Part shown: positions 18,582 through 29,629 of the stretch, one piece after another
Layout: every line of letters begins with the position of its first letter
How positions within the stretch are numbered: the stretch's first letter is position 1
From: Kofleriaceae bacterium
Lineage (GTDB): Bacteria; Myxococcota_A; Polyangia; Haliangiales; Haliangiaceae
Assembly (NCBI GenBank): GCA_965215005.1
Contig: CBDCCZ010000001.1
Coordinates: forward strand, 160,001-224,000
Reading direction: 5' to 3'
DNA length: 64,000 nt
The notes under the pieces: model-generated
Database searches by the model: none
Seen by the model: only the letters and a program-made list of their open reading frames with translations
Told to the model about the DNA's origin: nothing
Made by a program: the position numbers and the translations under genes

Positions 18582-19235
18582 TGCGGCGCGAAGCGCCGGT
18601 ACGGAAGTAGGGGCCGCCGATCCATCAAGCTCGCGCCTCTCCAACAAACCAATCCATTCAGGCCGAAATGCTGCGCATCGAGCCACCCAGTCATCGGTCG
18701 AAAGCTCGAGTTGAGCACGCGGGCACGGGGATGAGACCGGCGGCGCGGTTCGTGAGCAGCACGTTCTACTCCGCCGCGTTGACCGCTGCCGACCCGGTAC
18801 GGGCCGGCAATCATCAAGCGTCCGCAACCGCTAGCTAGCTCTTGCCGCTATTTGCCAGAACGCAGCCAAAGGTCGGAAAGCTACGTCAATTCGCTAGCTT
18901 CCCGAATCGAAGCACTTCGAATCCGTAGCTGGAGCTACGTCTCCGAACTCCGCTAATCTTTTTCTAGTTCAACTGCCTTGCAACGAAGGAGCGGTGCGCG
19001 GTAGGAGCACATCACGCAGATAACAGGTTCGGCCAACGCGCCGGAACATGCTGAAACGAATCGGGGGAGGACGCTCAGGGTGAGGGTGAGATTGGTTGTG
19101 ACGCGGCTTGCGCGATTTCTCGTCTGCAAGCGGAAACGTCACGTGTTGTTAGCTTCAAACCCGCCGCAGTCAATGGGCTGCCGGCGAGGTCGAGCTTCAG
19201 CACTTGATGTACTACTTGGCTAACGAACCGAGACA

Positions 19236-22200
19236 TTGGACTCAGTAGGGGATGATACGGTGAAGGAAAGACTTAGATTCTCACGAAGGTGTCTGAATAC
19301 GTGCGCGAGCCATGTCGCGTGGCGAGCCATGGCCGTTGTCTTCATCACACTTGCGTCGATGAACTGTGCGATGGAGGAGGATACGGCATCCTTGGAGCAG
19401 CAGCTACAAGACAAATGCGAACTCAGTGAAATCACGTGGGAAGATGTCGAAAGTGAGACGATGGCCTGCGAAGGGCCATGGGTCTACGATCGATACGTCG
19501 AGGAAGTTAAACGAGCTGAGGGTTGCGGCTGCCAGATCCCAACTTACTGCGAAGTCCCGCGTACTGAAACAGTCTATCCTTCGCGCACAATGCACATCCC
19601 CGACGTGTGCCAAGGCCCCGGCGGAGATCCGCTGCCACCTAATGGTCCTGCGCGCTGCGAACCCAATTCGAACGCAGCACGGAACGCCTGCGACAACTTT
19701 CGGCAAATTGAGGTCGCCAACATCAACCAGATCGAGGGACGAACAGTGATCGCTTCCTCTTTTACAACCTCGATGGGCGGCTCTTCAAACGGCGAGACGA
19801 CTTTCGAGTGCCGCATGACGATCAAGTATCGTTACACAGCACGCGAGCAGTGCGGCTGTCGTCAGTGGAAGAGCTGCTCCGTCGCCACGAACGCATGGAC
19901 ACGCACGATAACCTCCAGTGGACTGACTAAAACTCAGGTGCGTCAGATGCACGACCAGCGTGCCATTGGCCAGCTCACGCGCGAGAACATAGTGCCAGGG
20001 TGCTCAACGGCTGCAGACGTGTCCAACGATGAGGCCGACGATAAACTTATCCGGTTGCTAGACAACATTTATGACGCCGAAGTTGTCGCACCGAACAGCC
20101 CACTACAACAGAACCTCATCAAACGCGCAATGATGGCCCATGAGCTGCTCGGTGGGCCTCGACAGGCACAGGTCATGCGCCTTTACCGCGACTTTCCGCA
20201 AATCGCGCCGGAGTGCGGGAACAACCTCGTGTACGAGGACACTCAATGCGATATGGCGCAGTCGCGTTACTGTGCGCGCTTGCTCAGCTCGCACGTGGTG
20301 CCCGAAGTGGTCGACAACTTGTATGTTGACGGTTGCTCACAACAGCTTAGAGATCTCTTCAGAGACAACGCATCCTCCTCTTGTCTGACCGAGAACGCGC
20401 AGCAGAATGCGTTATTTCTCCACCAGGCGGTTCTTACGAAGTCTATGGATAGATTGAGTGAGCGCATATCAGACGGAGCGGAGCCTGCGGACTACGATAT
20501 TAATCACCTGAAGACCACACTTCACCGTCTTGCTTACTCCCATTCGGTAGTTCGAGCACATTTTCCTGAAGAGGCGGCTCAAGAGCACCTACTCCTTATC
20601 TTAAACCGATTCTGGCAGGGTGCGCAGGGACATCGGCTGAGTGCAGTGGACTCCACTGATCCGTGGGTACCCGGTAGCTTGTATGCACGGCTCAGAGATG
20701 GTCTTCGTGACGAACTGAGTACGGATCAGCTCATGGCACTCGTTGGTACCGCTGAGACGGGCGGAACAGAGTTAGATCACGCGGTGGTCGAGGCGGCGTA
20801 TGGTTCATTCTTCTACCCCCTCGGTACCGGAATCCTAACTGTTCCCGTGATGACCGAAGAGCCACTGCTACAGATAACTGGGCAAGCGCTCGCGCCACTT
20901 GCACAGAAGTTAGAGGCATTGACGCTGCCGCATGACGTAAGCTGTTCTGTTCGCACGTGCACTACGCGCCCGCGCGTCGCCACCCTTCTTGATGCAGTGG
21001 CTCGGATCTCTCAGGACTTGGACGGCCGCTCACTAGCCGATGTACTCCCAGAACTCGACGGCGATCCTGTGACACGCGCGTGGGCCCCTGCTTTCAGTGC
21101 AATCAATGCTAACCAGCAACGATTGGTGACGGCATTGGACAGCGGACTTCACGACGGCTCAGCAACCGAATCAGAGCTGTGGAAGATTCTAGATTCGGCG
21201 CGTGCTCGTTCATTAGCGTACGGAGAGCGTGGTCTCTTCTCGCCCGCGCTTGGCAACACCTTGCACACTGGACTGAACGCTGAGACGCGTCAGCGAGTGA
21301 CTGGCAGCCTTACTCAGCTCGCCGGTATGCTCGGGGGGGCTGCTGATGACCTGCAGCGGGACCTAGAGACTCTTGTCCAACAACGCGTAAACGTCATGGA
21401 TCGAGAGAATGCTGTGGCACAGGTGGAAGCCGATCGTGAACGTGTTCAGGCGCAGCTTTACGATCTCATTGAGCGGTCGGCGGCGCTCCGCCGCCACCTC
21501 AATCGTGACGACTCGAGCGCAACTAGTGTGGCGACTCAGCTAATGGCGCAGTGGGAGGGATATGAGGGAACGGTAGGAACCGAATATCTCACCACTGAAT
21601 CGACAACCCGACTTTCCTTCAGCGCAGCGGACGTTAAATTCACCAACTCAGGCTGGAAACAAAGCGGCAACGAGAACGGACACACCGTAGATAAAGTTAC
21701 TGATAAAACGAAAATGACAGTGGCGGGCAGAACCGCTCTGTCTATCAGTGCATCCGGCGAATACGCTCCTTCCTGCGCGCTGAAAGCCGTTCGCTACGTC
21801 GACCAGGATGTCTTTTTGGAGGGAGGCGCAGCGAGCTCTTCGCTGAACATCAACAGCGCAACTACCGGACCTGAGGGATACAGCATCAATTGGTCAGGCA
21901 GCGGCTTTGATGCGAGCTCCTCTTCTAGCACGGACGACTTGCGTGTCACTATCGGAGCTCGGGTGGAGGGTTGCAGGAAAGTCAGTATTCCTTTTGCGGA
22001 CGAAGGCGAGGCATGTCTATATCTCGATAGCAGCTACACGTATGCCCGAAGTAAGGTGGACCAAGACGGTAAAGAGCAACGCACTGGCATGCAGCTACAG
22101 AGCGGGCTCTTCTTAGCTAACACTCCGTTCTATGCACCCGCAGGCGCGTTGCTAGCCGTCGAGCTCCCTCCGGGGGAGACTGAGGTGGGACACGTCCGTG

Positions 22201-23681
22201 CCGTTCATCTCATCAAACGGCCTCATACCACCATTGTCTTCGATGAGCCTGCCGACGTCTATTTCGTTATCAACGATATTGATTATGATTATGATTATGA
22301 TCCCTGCGGTGCGCCAGACAGCAGCAATACAGTTCAACTGGACGTGGCGAAGGTTATCGAGGTGGGCGATGCTGCGGAGGCAATCATCGCTCGAATGGCA
22401 CACACGTTGGTGAAGGTGCGGGAACATCTGCCCGCAATTCTCAAGCGTGGAGAGATTTTGCCCCACGAGGACGAGTTAATACAGCGAGAAGCGACACTCG
22501 GACAAATTGGCTGGGAGGGAGAACTTCAGATACCAGTCGAACAGTATCCCGGGCCGCTCGCCACGCTCTTCGAAAAATTTCTTGCCGCTGAGATGATGCG
22601 TTTGCATGCAGCGGTCAGATTGGCGACTTATGGCCGAGAGATCGAGAGCCTGCTTAGCGATTTACATGCGCTGGATATAACCCTGCACAACTCACTGAAC
22701 GCCGAATACCTGGCCGCGATGCTGCCTAAGTGGACCATCCGCGGGATGCGCTTCAATTTTCTACGTCACGCGCTCGACTCGTATACGAGTGACATGACGA
22801 CACAGCTGCTCCCCCTGCTACGACTGTGGTATCCGGATGTTCTCTCAGCGCTCCAGAGCGATCCGACCCTCCTCGAACTTGCTGATCCAGACCTCGATCT
22901 CTCACCCATTCTTCTCTCGCAGCGGCTAAGTGAGTTTGCACGCACCCTATCCGCGTCGATGGATGGCGCCGAGCGTGGTTACCCGGCGCCGGACGAAGTT
23001 GCGCCTTCGTTCGTGGCAGTCCGTTATCCACGACCGGATGTGATGACAGCTGAATGCTCCACCGTGCCTAGTGCTCGATGTCCTCGACAAGGAGCAGACC
23101 CCACGTTTCGTTGGGGTACGGTAAGTCAGAGCGAAGCGCTGCATAACGCCCTTGGAGCACCAGGTGATGGCCAGACCACACGTCGGCTCGTGTTCCAGGT
23201 CGACCCGAGCGATGTATATGAGCCGGTCGGGGGCGTGGGGTACCTGTCGTGTCACAGTTCCTTGCCCATCATTCGCAAGATTGGCATCGCGTTAACAGGA
23301 TATCCTCGAGGAAGCGTGCCCGGAGATCCCAGAGCAGTGGAGGGCTGGTTACCCGAACAGTCACTCATGAGCTTCCCAACCGAAGAAGGAGTTTATTCAT
23401 TCGCGATGGCGAACGACATTTATCGCCGTCTTCGCAACGTTCCGCTCTTTTATGCGGAGCAGACTGGCAGCTACGATGACCTAAAGGCGCGGTTGGCTGC
23501 TGATTCGCAGTCGTTGCGGGGGATATCGCCGCACACCTCGATCATTTTCGAGATCCCCGAGTCCGTGGTAGCTGCGTGGCGCCTCCGTGAGGCCCAGACC
23601 ATCGACCTCATCATGCAAGTTGAGGCGATTCCTACGGGCAATCCTGTAGCGACGGCACCCTGTCTCGGGGTAACGCCCTAA
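19236..23681 (+). CDS. Very large exported protein, possible TcA-like toxin-complex subunit
   Basis: 1481-aa ORF (true start probably slightly downstream); hydrophobic stretch + Cys, Cys-rich N-domain, long helical regions; directly upstream of SpvB-RHS gene. Confidence 0.6.
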   Translation: MDSVGDDTVKERLRFSRRCLNTCASHVAWRAMAVVFITLASMNCAMEEDTASLEQQLQDKCELSEITWEDVESETMACEGPWVYDRYVEEVKRAEGCGCQIPTYCEVPRTETVYPSRTMHIPDVCQGPGGDPLPPNGPARCEPNSNAARNACDNFRQIEVANINQIEGRTVIASSFTTSMGGSSNGETTFECRMTIKYRYTAREQCGCRQWKSCSVATNAWTRTITSSGLTKTQVRQMHDQRAIGQLTRENIVPGCSTAADVSNDEADDKLIRLLDNIYDAEVVAPNSPLQQNLIKRAMMAHELLGGPRQAQVMRLYRDFPQIAPECGNNLVYEDTQCDMAQSRYCARLLSSHVVPEVVDNLYVDGCSQQLRDLFRDNASSSCLTENAQQNALFLHQAVLTKSMDRLSERISDGAEPADYDINHLKTTLHRLAYSHSVVRAHFPEEAAQEHLLLILNRFWQGAQGHRLSAVDSTDPWVPGSLYARLRDGLRDELSTDQLMALVGTAETGGTELDHAVVEAAYGSFFYPLGTGILTVPVMTEEPLLQITGQALAPLAQKLEALTLPHDVSCSVRTCTTRPRVATLLDAVARISQDLDGRSLADVLPELDGDPVTRAWAPAFSAINANQQRLVTALDSGLHDGSATESELWKILDSARARSLAYGERGLFSPALGNTLHTGLNAETRQRVTGSLTQLAGMLGGAADDLQRDLETLVQQRVNVMDRENAVAQVEADRERVQAQLYDLIERSAALRRHLNRDDSSATSVATQLMAQWEGYEGTVGTEYLTTESTTRLSFSAADVKFTNSGWKQSGNENGHTVDKVTDKTKMTVAGRTALSISASGEYAPSCALKAVRYVDQDVFLEGGAASSSLNINSATTGPEGYSINWSGSGFDASSSSSTDDLRVTIGARVEGCRKVSIPFADEGEACLYLDSSYTYARSKVDQDGKEQRTGMQLQSGLFLANTPFYAPAGALLAVELPPGETEVGHVRAVHLIKRPHTTIVFDEPADVYFVINDIDYDYDYDPCGAPDSSNTVQLDVAKVIEVGDAAEAIIARMAHTLVKVREHLPAILKRGEILPHEDELIQREATLGQIGWEGELQIPVEQYPGPLATLFEKFLAAEMMRLHAAVRLATYGREIESLLSDLHALDITLHNSLNAEYLAAMLPKWTIRGMRFNFLRHALDSYTSDMTTQLLPLLRLWYPDVLSALQSDPTLLELADPDLDLSPILLSQRLSEFARTLSASMDGAERGYPAPDEVAPSFVAVRYPRPDVMTAECSTVPSARCPRQGADPTFRWGTVSQSEALHNALGAPGDGQTTRRLVFQVDPSDVYEPVGGVGYLSCHSSLPIIRKIGIALTGYPRGSVPGDPRAVEGWLPEQSLMSFPTEEGVYSFAMANDIYRRLRNVPLFYAEQTGSYDDLKARLAADSQSLRGISPHTSIIFEIPESVVAAWRLREAQTIDLIMQVEAIPTGNPVATAPCLGVTP

Positions 23682-23800
23682 AGATAGGATCATGAGCGAA
23701 GGCGCCATTGTGCCGTTCAGAAAGGGCGGTGCTGGCGCCTACCTCGTTAACTTCACGATGCAGCGCGAGTAGGCTGCCCTTCGTTCAAGGATTGGAATAT

Positions 23801-26800
23801 ATGGTGAGAGAGAAGTGCTGGCGACTACTGTTAGCTGTGTTGCTCGTCTCGGTGGGCGCGCAGCGCGCTCACGCTCAGAGTGAGCCACAGGATTCGCTCG
23901 TTCAGCCCCCTACGTTCGCACAACCGGAACGAGGCTCTCTTGCCGGCGCTATGTCGGCACTCCCATTCGGGGTGGCCGAGCTGGCGAGGGGTTCGTTCTC
24001 TCTGCCCCTTCCCGTGGAGCTGCCAGCTGAACGAGGAAGCTCTCTCGCCAACATTCTTCCGACCTACTCCATCGAGAATGGTTTGTCTGAGTGGGGTATC
24101 GGTTGGTCGAGCAAGCTCACCATCGAGCGCTATCGGGTGAGAGGGACCGTCGACTATCAGGATGACGAGTTATCAAGTCCCTGGGGCCGCCTAGCGCCAG
24201 GACAATCGGGCTGGTACTACCCGGCAGGCTTTCAGACTCCGGTGAGGGCTCGACGGATCGGGAACGATTGGAGGGCCATTGGACCCGATGGCACAACGTA
24301 CACCTTCGAACCCGCCATCGAGAACGCGAGCGGCATCTATTCTTGGCACCTCGTGAAGGTTGAGTCACTGCTTGGGGCGCGTACCGTTCTGAAGTACGAC
24401 TCCGGAACGACCATCGATGGCGTAAGGAGCAACCCTGTGCTTGAGGAGGTGCTCTATGGCCCGCCGGAAGCGCCGGAGTCGTACCGTGTCACGTTCGGCT
24501 ACGAAGTCGCGACAGGGAACGAAGGCGCGGCTTCTCCCTTCGTTAGTTATCGCTCAGGGTATCCCGTCCAGGTCGATCGGCGAGTTGCTCAGATCAACTT
24601 CGATGTAAGAAATCGCCAGTCAGGAGCGTACGCACGCCGCTGGGCCTATGCGATGAGTTATCGCGACGCGCTCTACGGGCCGTCGTTTTATCTCGATAGC
24701 GTGATGCGCACGTTCGCCTCGGAAGAGTCCGAACCTCCCATTGTCTTCGATTACGAGCTGCCAGAGGAATACGTGGGCGGCACTCAATTCTTCCTGTCGG
24801 GCGATATCGAGGTCGCTCCGGAAGTCGCCGAGCTCGTCATGCTGGCAAACAATGGAGACATTCTCTCCCCTGGACGCGCTGCCTTTTTGGATGTCAACCA
24901 GGATGGCGCGACGGACCTGGAGTTCGGTGGCGACGAGACTACCTACGTGCAAAATGGCGGGCATTGGGATGTGATGCCATTGCCTCCTCGTCCCGCAGAT
25001 GTGGATCCTATCTGTCGTCCTTCTCTTGACGCAGGAAACGGGGCGCGCTCCCTGGTGCGCCTCGCTGGTCCCAATAGCGAAGTACGTGTGTTGGCTATCG
25101 AACCGTTTTTATCGACGACCGAGGTGCGAGTTTGCGATCAATCTGGTTCACCACTGCACGTGGAGACACTCGAAAGTCGCTGGGTGATCGATAGCAACAC
25201 CAAATTGGTCGATATAAATCGCGACGAACGCCCCGACCTAGTTCGCGTCCTCGGCGACACGTATGACGTGCAGGAGAACATCAGCGGGGATGGCTGCGGC
25301 GAAGGAGATACCGGCACGTGCGTACCCTTTGGATTCCGGGCGCACCCGCCTAAGCCGCTAAGTTACCTCGGCGGGTTTCCCTTTTCTGCGACCGGTACCT
25401 GGTTCCACGACATGAACGGCGATGGCTTAGCCGACCTTGTCCTGCGGTCGCCGGGTGGGATCTCGGTGTGGTTTGGCAGTGGTTCATTCGAGTTCGCACC
25501 CCAAGAACATCAGTTTCTCTTCCACAACGCCTATGGCGGCTATATTTCCGACTTTGACTCGTTTCACATCTCTTGGGTTGACGTTAATAAAGATTCACTG
25601 ACCGATGCAATTCTGAGTGAAGGTCGAAGCGTTCTGCTCCTCATTAACGAGGGTGATAGATTTCGTCAAGCTCGTGTGCAAGCACTTGAAGATGCGATCA
25701 ACCTGAACTGGTATGTGGCCCCGTTACCCATGGACCTTCGGGGTAGCGGAGACACCGAGGTGACTTTCGCCGGGCTCAATGAAGCGTATGCGATCTCGAT
25801 GAATGCGCCGTCTACCGGTCTACTCACGGCGATCGACGACGGGAAGGGTACGGTCGTTAGCTTTGAATATTCTCGGGCAGCGGCAGAGCCTGGCATTCTG
25901 AGCCGCCCGTCGATTCTGAGCGCGATGCGCTCGGAGAGTGGTGGTCTCGGGGCTGTGACTTCGACGTTCTCGTACGGCTCGCCCACGGTCCATTCAGAAG
26001 GCCACTATCTCGTTGGCTTCGGTGAGGTGTCTTCCTCGACGCCAGGCCTGTCGGAGCTAGCTCAGTTCCTCAACGATGACGACGTATCTAGTCTCGTCAC
26101 GAGGACTGAACTCCGCGACGCTCGTACCCCTGGCGTACTTCGATTTGCGACGCGCGAGTATGAAAAGGCCACGCTTGACAGCCTGCCGTTTCAGCGGCCG
26201 GCCCGGGAACGCTCAGGCTACTGCCAAGCAGCTGCGTCTGGCTGTCTCGAAAGCGGAACAGCCGTGGCAACGGAAACAATTTACCGCGGATATCAGCGAG
26301 CAATTTGCCCAACACAGCTCGAGCAGAGGAGCGCTCACGGAACTCTTGCCATTCAGCATCAGCTCGCTGCGCCCTCGGCCATGACGACAGCATTCCATTG
26401 TCTCTCAGAGACGACTTCCTGGACGGGAACGCACAGCGATAGCTCGATGAATTTTGAGCTCACACAGCGGTTCGTTCTCAACAGCGTTGGCCAGCTGGAG
26501 AAACTGACGGTCTCCTCGGGGGACGTCTCACTCGAACTTCAGGAGATGACCTACGCTCCAAGCACGCGACGCCTCCGCACGATCACCTCGTCGAGCGGGG
26601 ATGAGACCCGCTTCGATTGGGATCCAGCGTCAGGACAGCTGATGCGGGTCATCGAGGGCAATGGAGCGATCCACGAGGTGAGCGCACGCGATGAGTTGAC
26701 CGATTCGATCCTGGCGCTCATCAGCAACCGAGGACCAGGCGGAATCCTGTCTACGAGTTTTCGTTACGACGGTGCTGAGCGACTCGAGAAGACGTGGAGT

Positions 26801-29629
26801 AGCTTTGGTGGATCGTCGGAAGCAATCCCACTGAGCCAGTACCAATACCAGTGGCCTTCGCAGGACCACCCGGGTCTAATCGCGCTGCGTGACTTGGTCG
26901 CTGCTCCCGGGACCGGCAGTGACAGCGATGCAGGCCAACTGAGCCAAGTTGAACAAGCGCTCTGGCAATTTCCCACCGGAGACACGCTCGCTTCCGCGGT
27001 GCGCACGTCGAGCGGCTGGGCTTTCGGAGAAGTTCACGAGGTGGATCGAGCAGAGCGGAAGCACACCGTCTCCAATCAAGCACCGGTGGATGCCGCTTTT
27101 GTTCCCGAAACGGCGACCTATGCCCAGCTGCAAACTGGATCGATAGAGCTCAACTCTTCGTCTGCGGCCGGCTTCGGATACTCATCAGCGACCACGGCTC
27201 TTGTGGCAGCTGGCGTCAGCCGGGAGACGGAGCAGACGATGTCTCTCGATGCCGGCGTAGTCGTTTATGCAGAGTCTGAGAATCCACGGGGCTCAGATAT
27301 CACCACTCGATCCGGCACGGACGCAACTGGCCGAGTTCTGTGGGCGGAAGACGCAAGTGGAGTCAAGACGACCTTTACGTACGATGTGCTCGGCCGCTTG
27401 CGGCAGGTCGCGCTGGCTGATGGGACGCTACATCGGTTGACGTACGACAGCCTTGGTCGTCCATCGCAGATTTACCGTCAGGATGTCGGTTGGATCACGT
27501 ACGAATACGACTCAATCGATGGACTGCTCGCCTTTCGCGACTTCTACGACGCAGCAAACAATCCCGCAAACGCGAACGCCACCCCCGAGCGCTCATCGGC
27601 GTTCTTGCATGATTCGATCGGCCGCGTCACTCAAGTCGTTCATCGCCTCGAAGCCTCTGAGCAGACCGATGCGTTCACGTTCCGCTACGACGGCGCTCTT
27701 GGCGACACCGAGTCCATCGCTGGCCAACGCGGCTATCTCACCCAGGCTGAAGGCCCGGATTTCAAGCGAACCACCCTCTACAACCCCGATGACTCCATTG
27801 CCTCCACCACCCATGAGCTCGGTGACTGGATCGTCGTCTCCGAGAGCAGCGACTATCACGCCGGCGGCCAGCTCGCCGGCTGGCATCGCGAAGTTCGGCG
27901 CGCCGGCACGAACGAGCTCATCGATCAAATCGACCTCGCCTACCTCTACGACGCGTGGGGCCGTCTCGAGCGCATCCTGCTCGGAGAACAGCTCCTGGCG
28001 ACGCTTCACTACGATGCCCGTGGCCGCTTTGACTATGCCGACCTCGCCGGTGGCCAGAAACTCGCCCACTTCTACGATCCGGAAACCCTGCAGCAAAACG
28101 GCTATCAGCGCGACATCGGCACCGGCGCCGATCAATGGACCACGGCGGTCGGCTGGCAACGCGACGAACGCGGACTCATCGACTACGAAACCTTCAGCGC
28201 CGCCGACACCTCATGGCGCCAAGACTACGCGTATGACGCCCGTCGCTTCCTGCAGACCTCCACCGACGGCCAAGACCAATCGTCCTACGCCTACACCACC
28301 ACCGGCCTCCCCTCCACTGTCACCGACCTCGCCGGCACCCGTCGCGTCGACCGCGGAAGCGCTCGCCAGCTCACCGTTAACGGCGACACCTACGCATGGG
28401 ATGCCCAGGGCCGCATCATCCGTAAAGGCGACCTCGAGCTGCTCTATGGTCCGAACGGCGACGTTGCCACCGCCCGTGTCGACGGCCGCACCATCGACTA
28501 CCGCTACGACGACGACGGTCAGCGCCTACTCAAGCTGGAGAACGGCGCTCCCGTCGCTGCCTTCCTCGGCGGCAGCTACATCACCGCCGACGACGCCCTC
28601 ACCCCCATCCGCATCATGGGTAGCCTCGTCGGCTACGTCCGCGGCGGCGCCTTCCAGCTCCTCGCAACCGATCCCCGCGGCACCCTCATCGCCGAAGACG
28701 ATGGCACCCGCAGCCCCGTTACCCCCTTTGGCGTCCGACTCCAGCGCCCGGAGCTCGCAGCCGCCCTTGACTACGTCGAAAAAGCCTACGACCCCGACCT
28801 CCGCTCCATCCGCATGGGCGCCCGCGACTACGACCCGCTCCTCAGCCAATTCCAGACCCCCGACCCCCTCTATCTAGAACAACTAGACAAGTGCGCCGAG
28901 TCTCCCATTGAGTGCAACCTCTACGGCTACTCCCTCAATAACCCTCTTCTCTTCATCGACCCCAGCGGCCTGAACGCCTTCAGCTGGCTCGGCGACGCCG
29001 CCAGGGGCTTCGGCGGCGCCGCCTACGATGCCGGCGAAGGCCTTTGGGAGGCCGGTAACCACCCAATCCGGACCCTTGGGGCCCTCGGCTCTGCGGTAGC
29101 TCACCCCGTTAGAACTGTCAAAGCCGTCTACAAATCGGCAAAAGCCACAGCGACCGCCGTCGCAGCCGGTGACCCCGAAGCCAGCGGCGCCGCAGTCTTC
29201 GAGATAGGAAGTATGTTAGTTGGCGTCGGCATCGTCACCAAAGCCGCTAAAGTCACCAAACTCACGAAACTCGCTAATCTCGGCAAAGCGGCTAAGCTCG
29301 AGGGCGTCGTCGCAAGGGGGGGAGCGAAAGCCGTCCGGGTCGGTCAGGCTGGTGAGAGCGCGGTTCGGCTAGCGTTCGATATCGGGGAAAAGGCTAAGAT
29401 TCTCATCAACGGGCGCAATCGGATCCCGGATGGGCTGACCACGACGGTCTTGAGCGAGATCAAGAATGTCGAGTCTCTGAGCTTCTCGCGTCAGCTCCGT
29501 GATTTCGCCGATTACGCACAGCAGACCGGCCGACGATTCGACCTTTACGTGCGCCCAAACACGAAGCTCAGTGGCCCACTGCAAGAGGCGGTACAGCAGC
29601 GAACCATCCAGTTGAGGTTTATTCCATGA
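23801..29629 (+). CDS. SpvB/TcB-TcC-like RHS polymorphic toxin with C-terminal Tox-REase-7-type nuclease
   Basis: Signal peptide (AHA-Q); GSFSLPLPVELP...WGIGW; FG-GAP-like DMNGDGLADL; YD repeats; NLYGYSLNNPLLFIDPSGL core end; tip RIPD...EIKNVESLSFSRQLRDF. Confidence 0.9.
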   Translation: MVREKCWRLLLAVLLVSVGAQRAHAQSEPQDSLVQPPTFAQPERGSLAGAMSALPFGVAELARGSFSLPLPVELPAERGSSLANILPTYSIENGLSEWGIGWSSKLTIERYRVRGTVDYQDDELSSPWGRLAPGQSGWYYPAGFQTPVRARRIGNDWRAIGPDGTTYTFEPAIENASGIYSWHLVKVESLLGARTVLKYDSGTTIDGVRSNPVLEEVLYGPPEAPESYRVTFGYEVATGNEGAASPFVSYRSGYPVQVDRRVAQINFDVRNRQSGAYARRWAYAMSYRDALYGPSFYLDSVMRTFASEESEPPIVFDYELPEEYVGGTQFFLSGDIEVAPEVAELVMLANNGDILSPGRAAFLDVNQDGATDLEFGGDETTYVQNGGHWDVMPLPPRPADVDPICRPSLDAGNGARSLVRLAGPNSEVRVLAIEPFLSTTEVRVCDQSGSPLHVETLESRWVIDSNTKLVDINRDERPDLVRVLGDTYDVQENISGDGCGEGDTGTCVPFGFRAHPPKPLSYLGGFPFSATGTWFHDMNGDGLADLVLRSPGGISVWFGSGSFEFAPQEHQFLFHNAYGGYISDFDSFHISWVDVNKDSLTDAILSEGRSVLLLINEGDRFRQARVQALEDAINLNWYVAPLPMDLRGSGDTEVTFAGLNEAYAISMNAPSTGLLTAIDDGKGTVVSFEYSRAAAEPGILSRPSILSAMRSESGGLGAVTSTFSYGSPTVHSEGHYLVGFGEVSSSTPGLSELAQFLNDDDVSSLVTRTELRDARTPGVLRFATREYEKATLDSLPFQRPARERSGYCQAAASGCLESGTAVATETIYRGYQRAICPTQLEQRSAHGTLAIQHQLAAPSAMTTAFHCLSETTSWTGTHSDSSMNFELTQRFVLNSVGQLEKLTVSSGDVSLELQEMTYAPSTRRLRTITSSSGDETRFDWDPASGQLMRVIEGNGAIHEVSARDELTDSILALISNRGPGGILSTSFRYDGAERLEKTWSSFGGSSEAIPLSQYQYQWPSQDHPGLIALRDLVAAPGTGSDSDAGQLSQVEQALWQFPTGDTLASAVRTSSGWAFGEVHEVDRAERKHTVSNQAPVDAAFVPETATYAQLQTGSIELNSSSAAGFGYSSATTALVAAGVSRETEQTMSLDAGVVVYAESENPRGSDITTRSGTDATGRVLWAEDASGVKTTFTYDVLGRLRQVALADGTLHRLTYDSLGRPSQIYRQDVGWITYEYDSIDGLLAFRDFYDAANNPANANATPERSSAFLHDSIGRVTQVVHRLEASEQTDAFTFRYDGALGDTESIAGQRGYLTQAEGPDFKRTTLYNPDDSIASTTHELGDWIVVSESSDYHAGGQLAGWHREVRRAGTNELIDQIDLAYLYDAWGRLERILLGEQLLATLHYDARGRFDYADLAGGQKLAHFYDPETLQQNGYQRDIGTGADQWTTAVGWQRDERGLIDYETFSAADTSWRQDYAYDARRFLQTSTDGQDQSSYAYTTTGLPSTVTDLAGTRRVDRGSARQLTVNGDTYAWDAQGRIIRKGDLELLYGPNGDVATARVDGRTIDYRYDDDGQRLLKLENGAPVAAFLGGSYITADDALTPIRIMGSLVGYVRGGAFQLLATDPRGTLIAEDDGTRSPVTPFGVRLQRPELAAALDYVEKAYDPDLRSIRMGARDYDPLLSQFQTPDPLYLEQLDKCAESPIECNLYGYSLNNPLLFIDPSGLNAFSWLGDAARGFGGAAYDAGEGLWEAGNHPIRTLGALGSAVAHPVRTVKAVYKSAKATATAVAAGDPEASGAAVFEIGSMLVGVGIVTKAAKVTKLTKLANLGKAAKLEGVVARGGAKAVRVGQAGESAVRLAFDIGEKAKILINGRNRIPDGLTTTVLSEIKNVESLSFSRQLRDFADYAQQTGRRFDLYVRPNTKLSGPLQEAVQQRTIQLRFIP

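Noticed and set aside
18582..19235. ncRNA or origin in the long intergenic gap
   Set aside because: No convincing repeats, iterons or long stems found by eye.
22281..22301. (GATTAT)3 microsatellite
   Set aside because: Short in-frame repeat encoding DYDYDYD; no sign of function.
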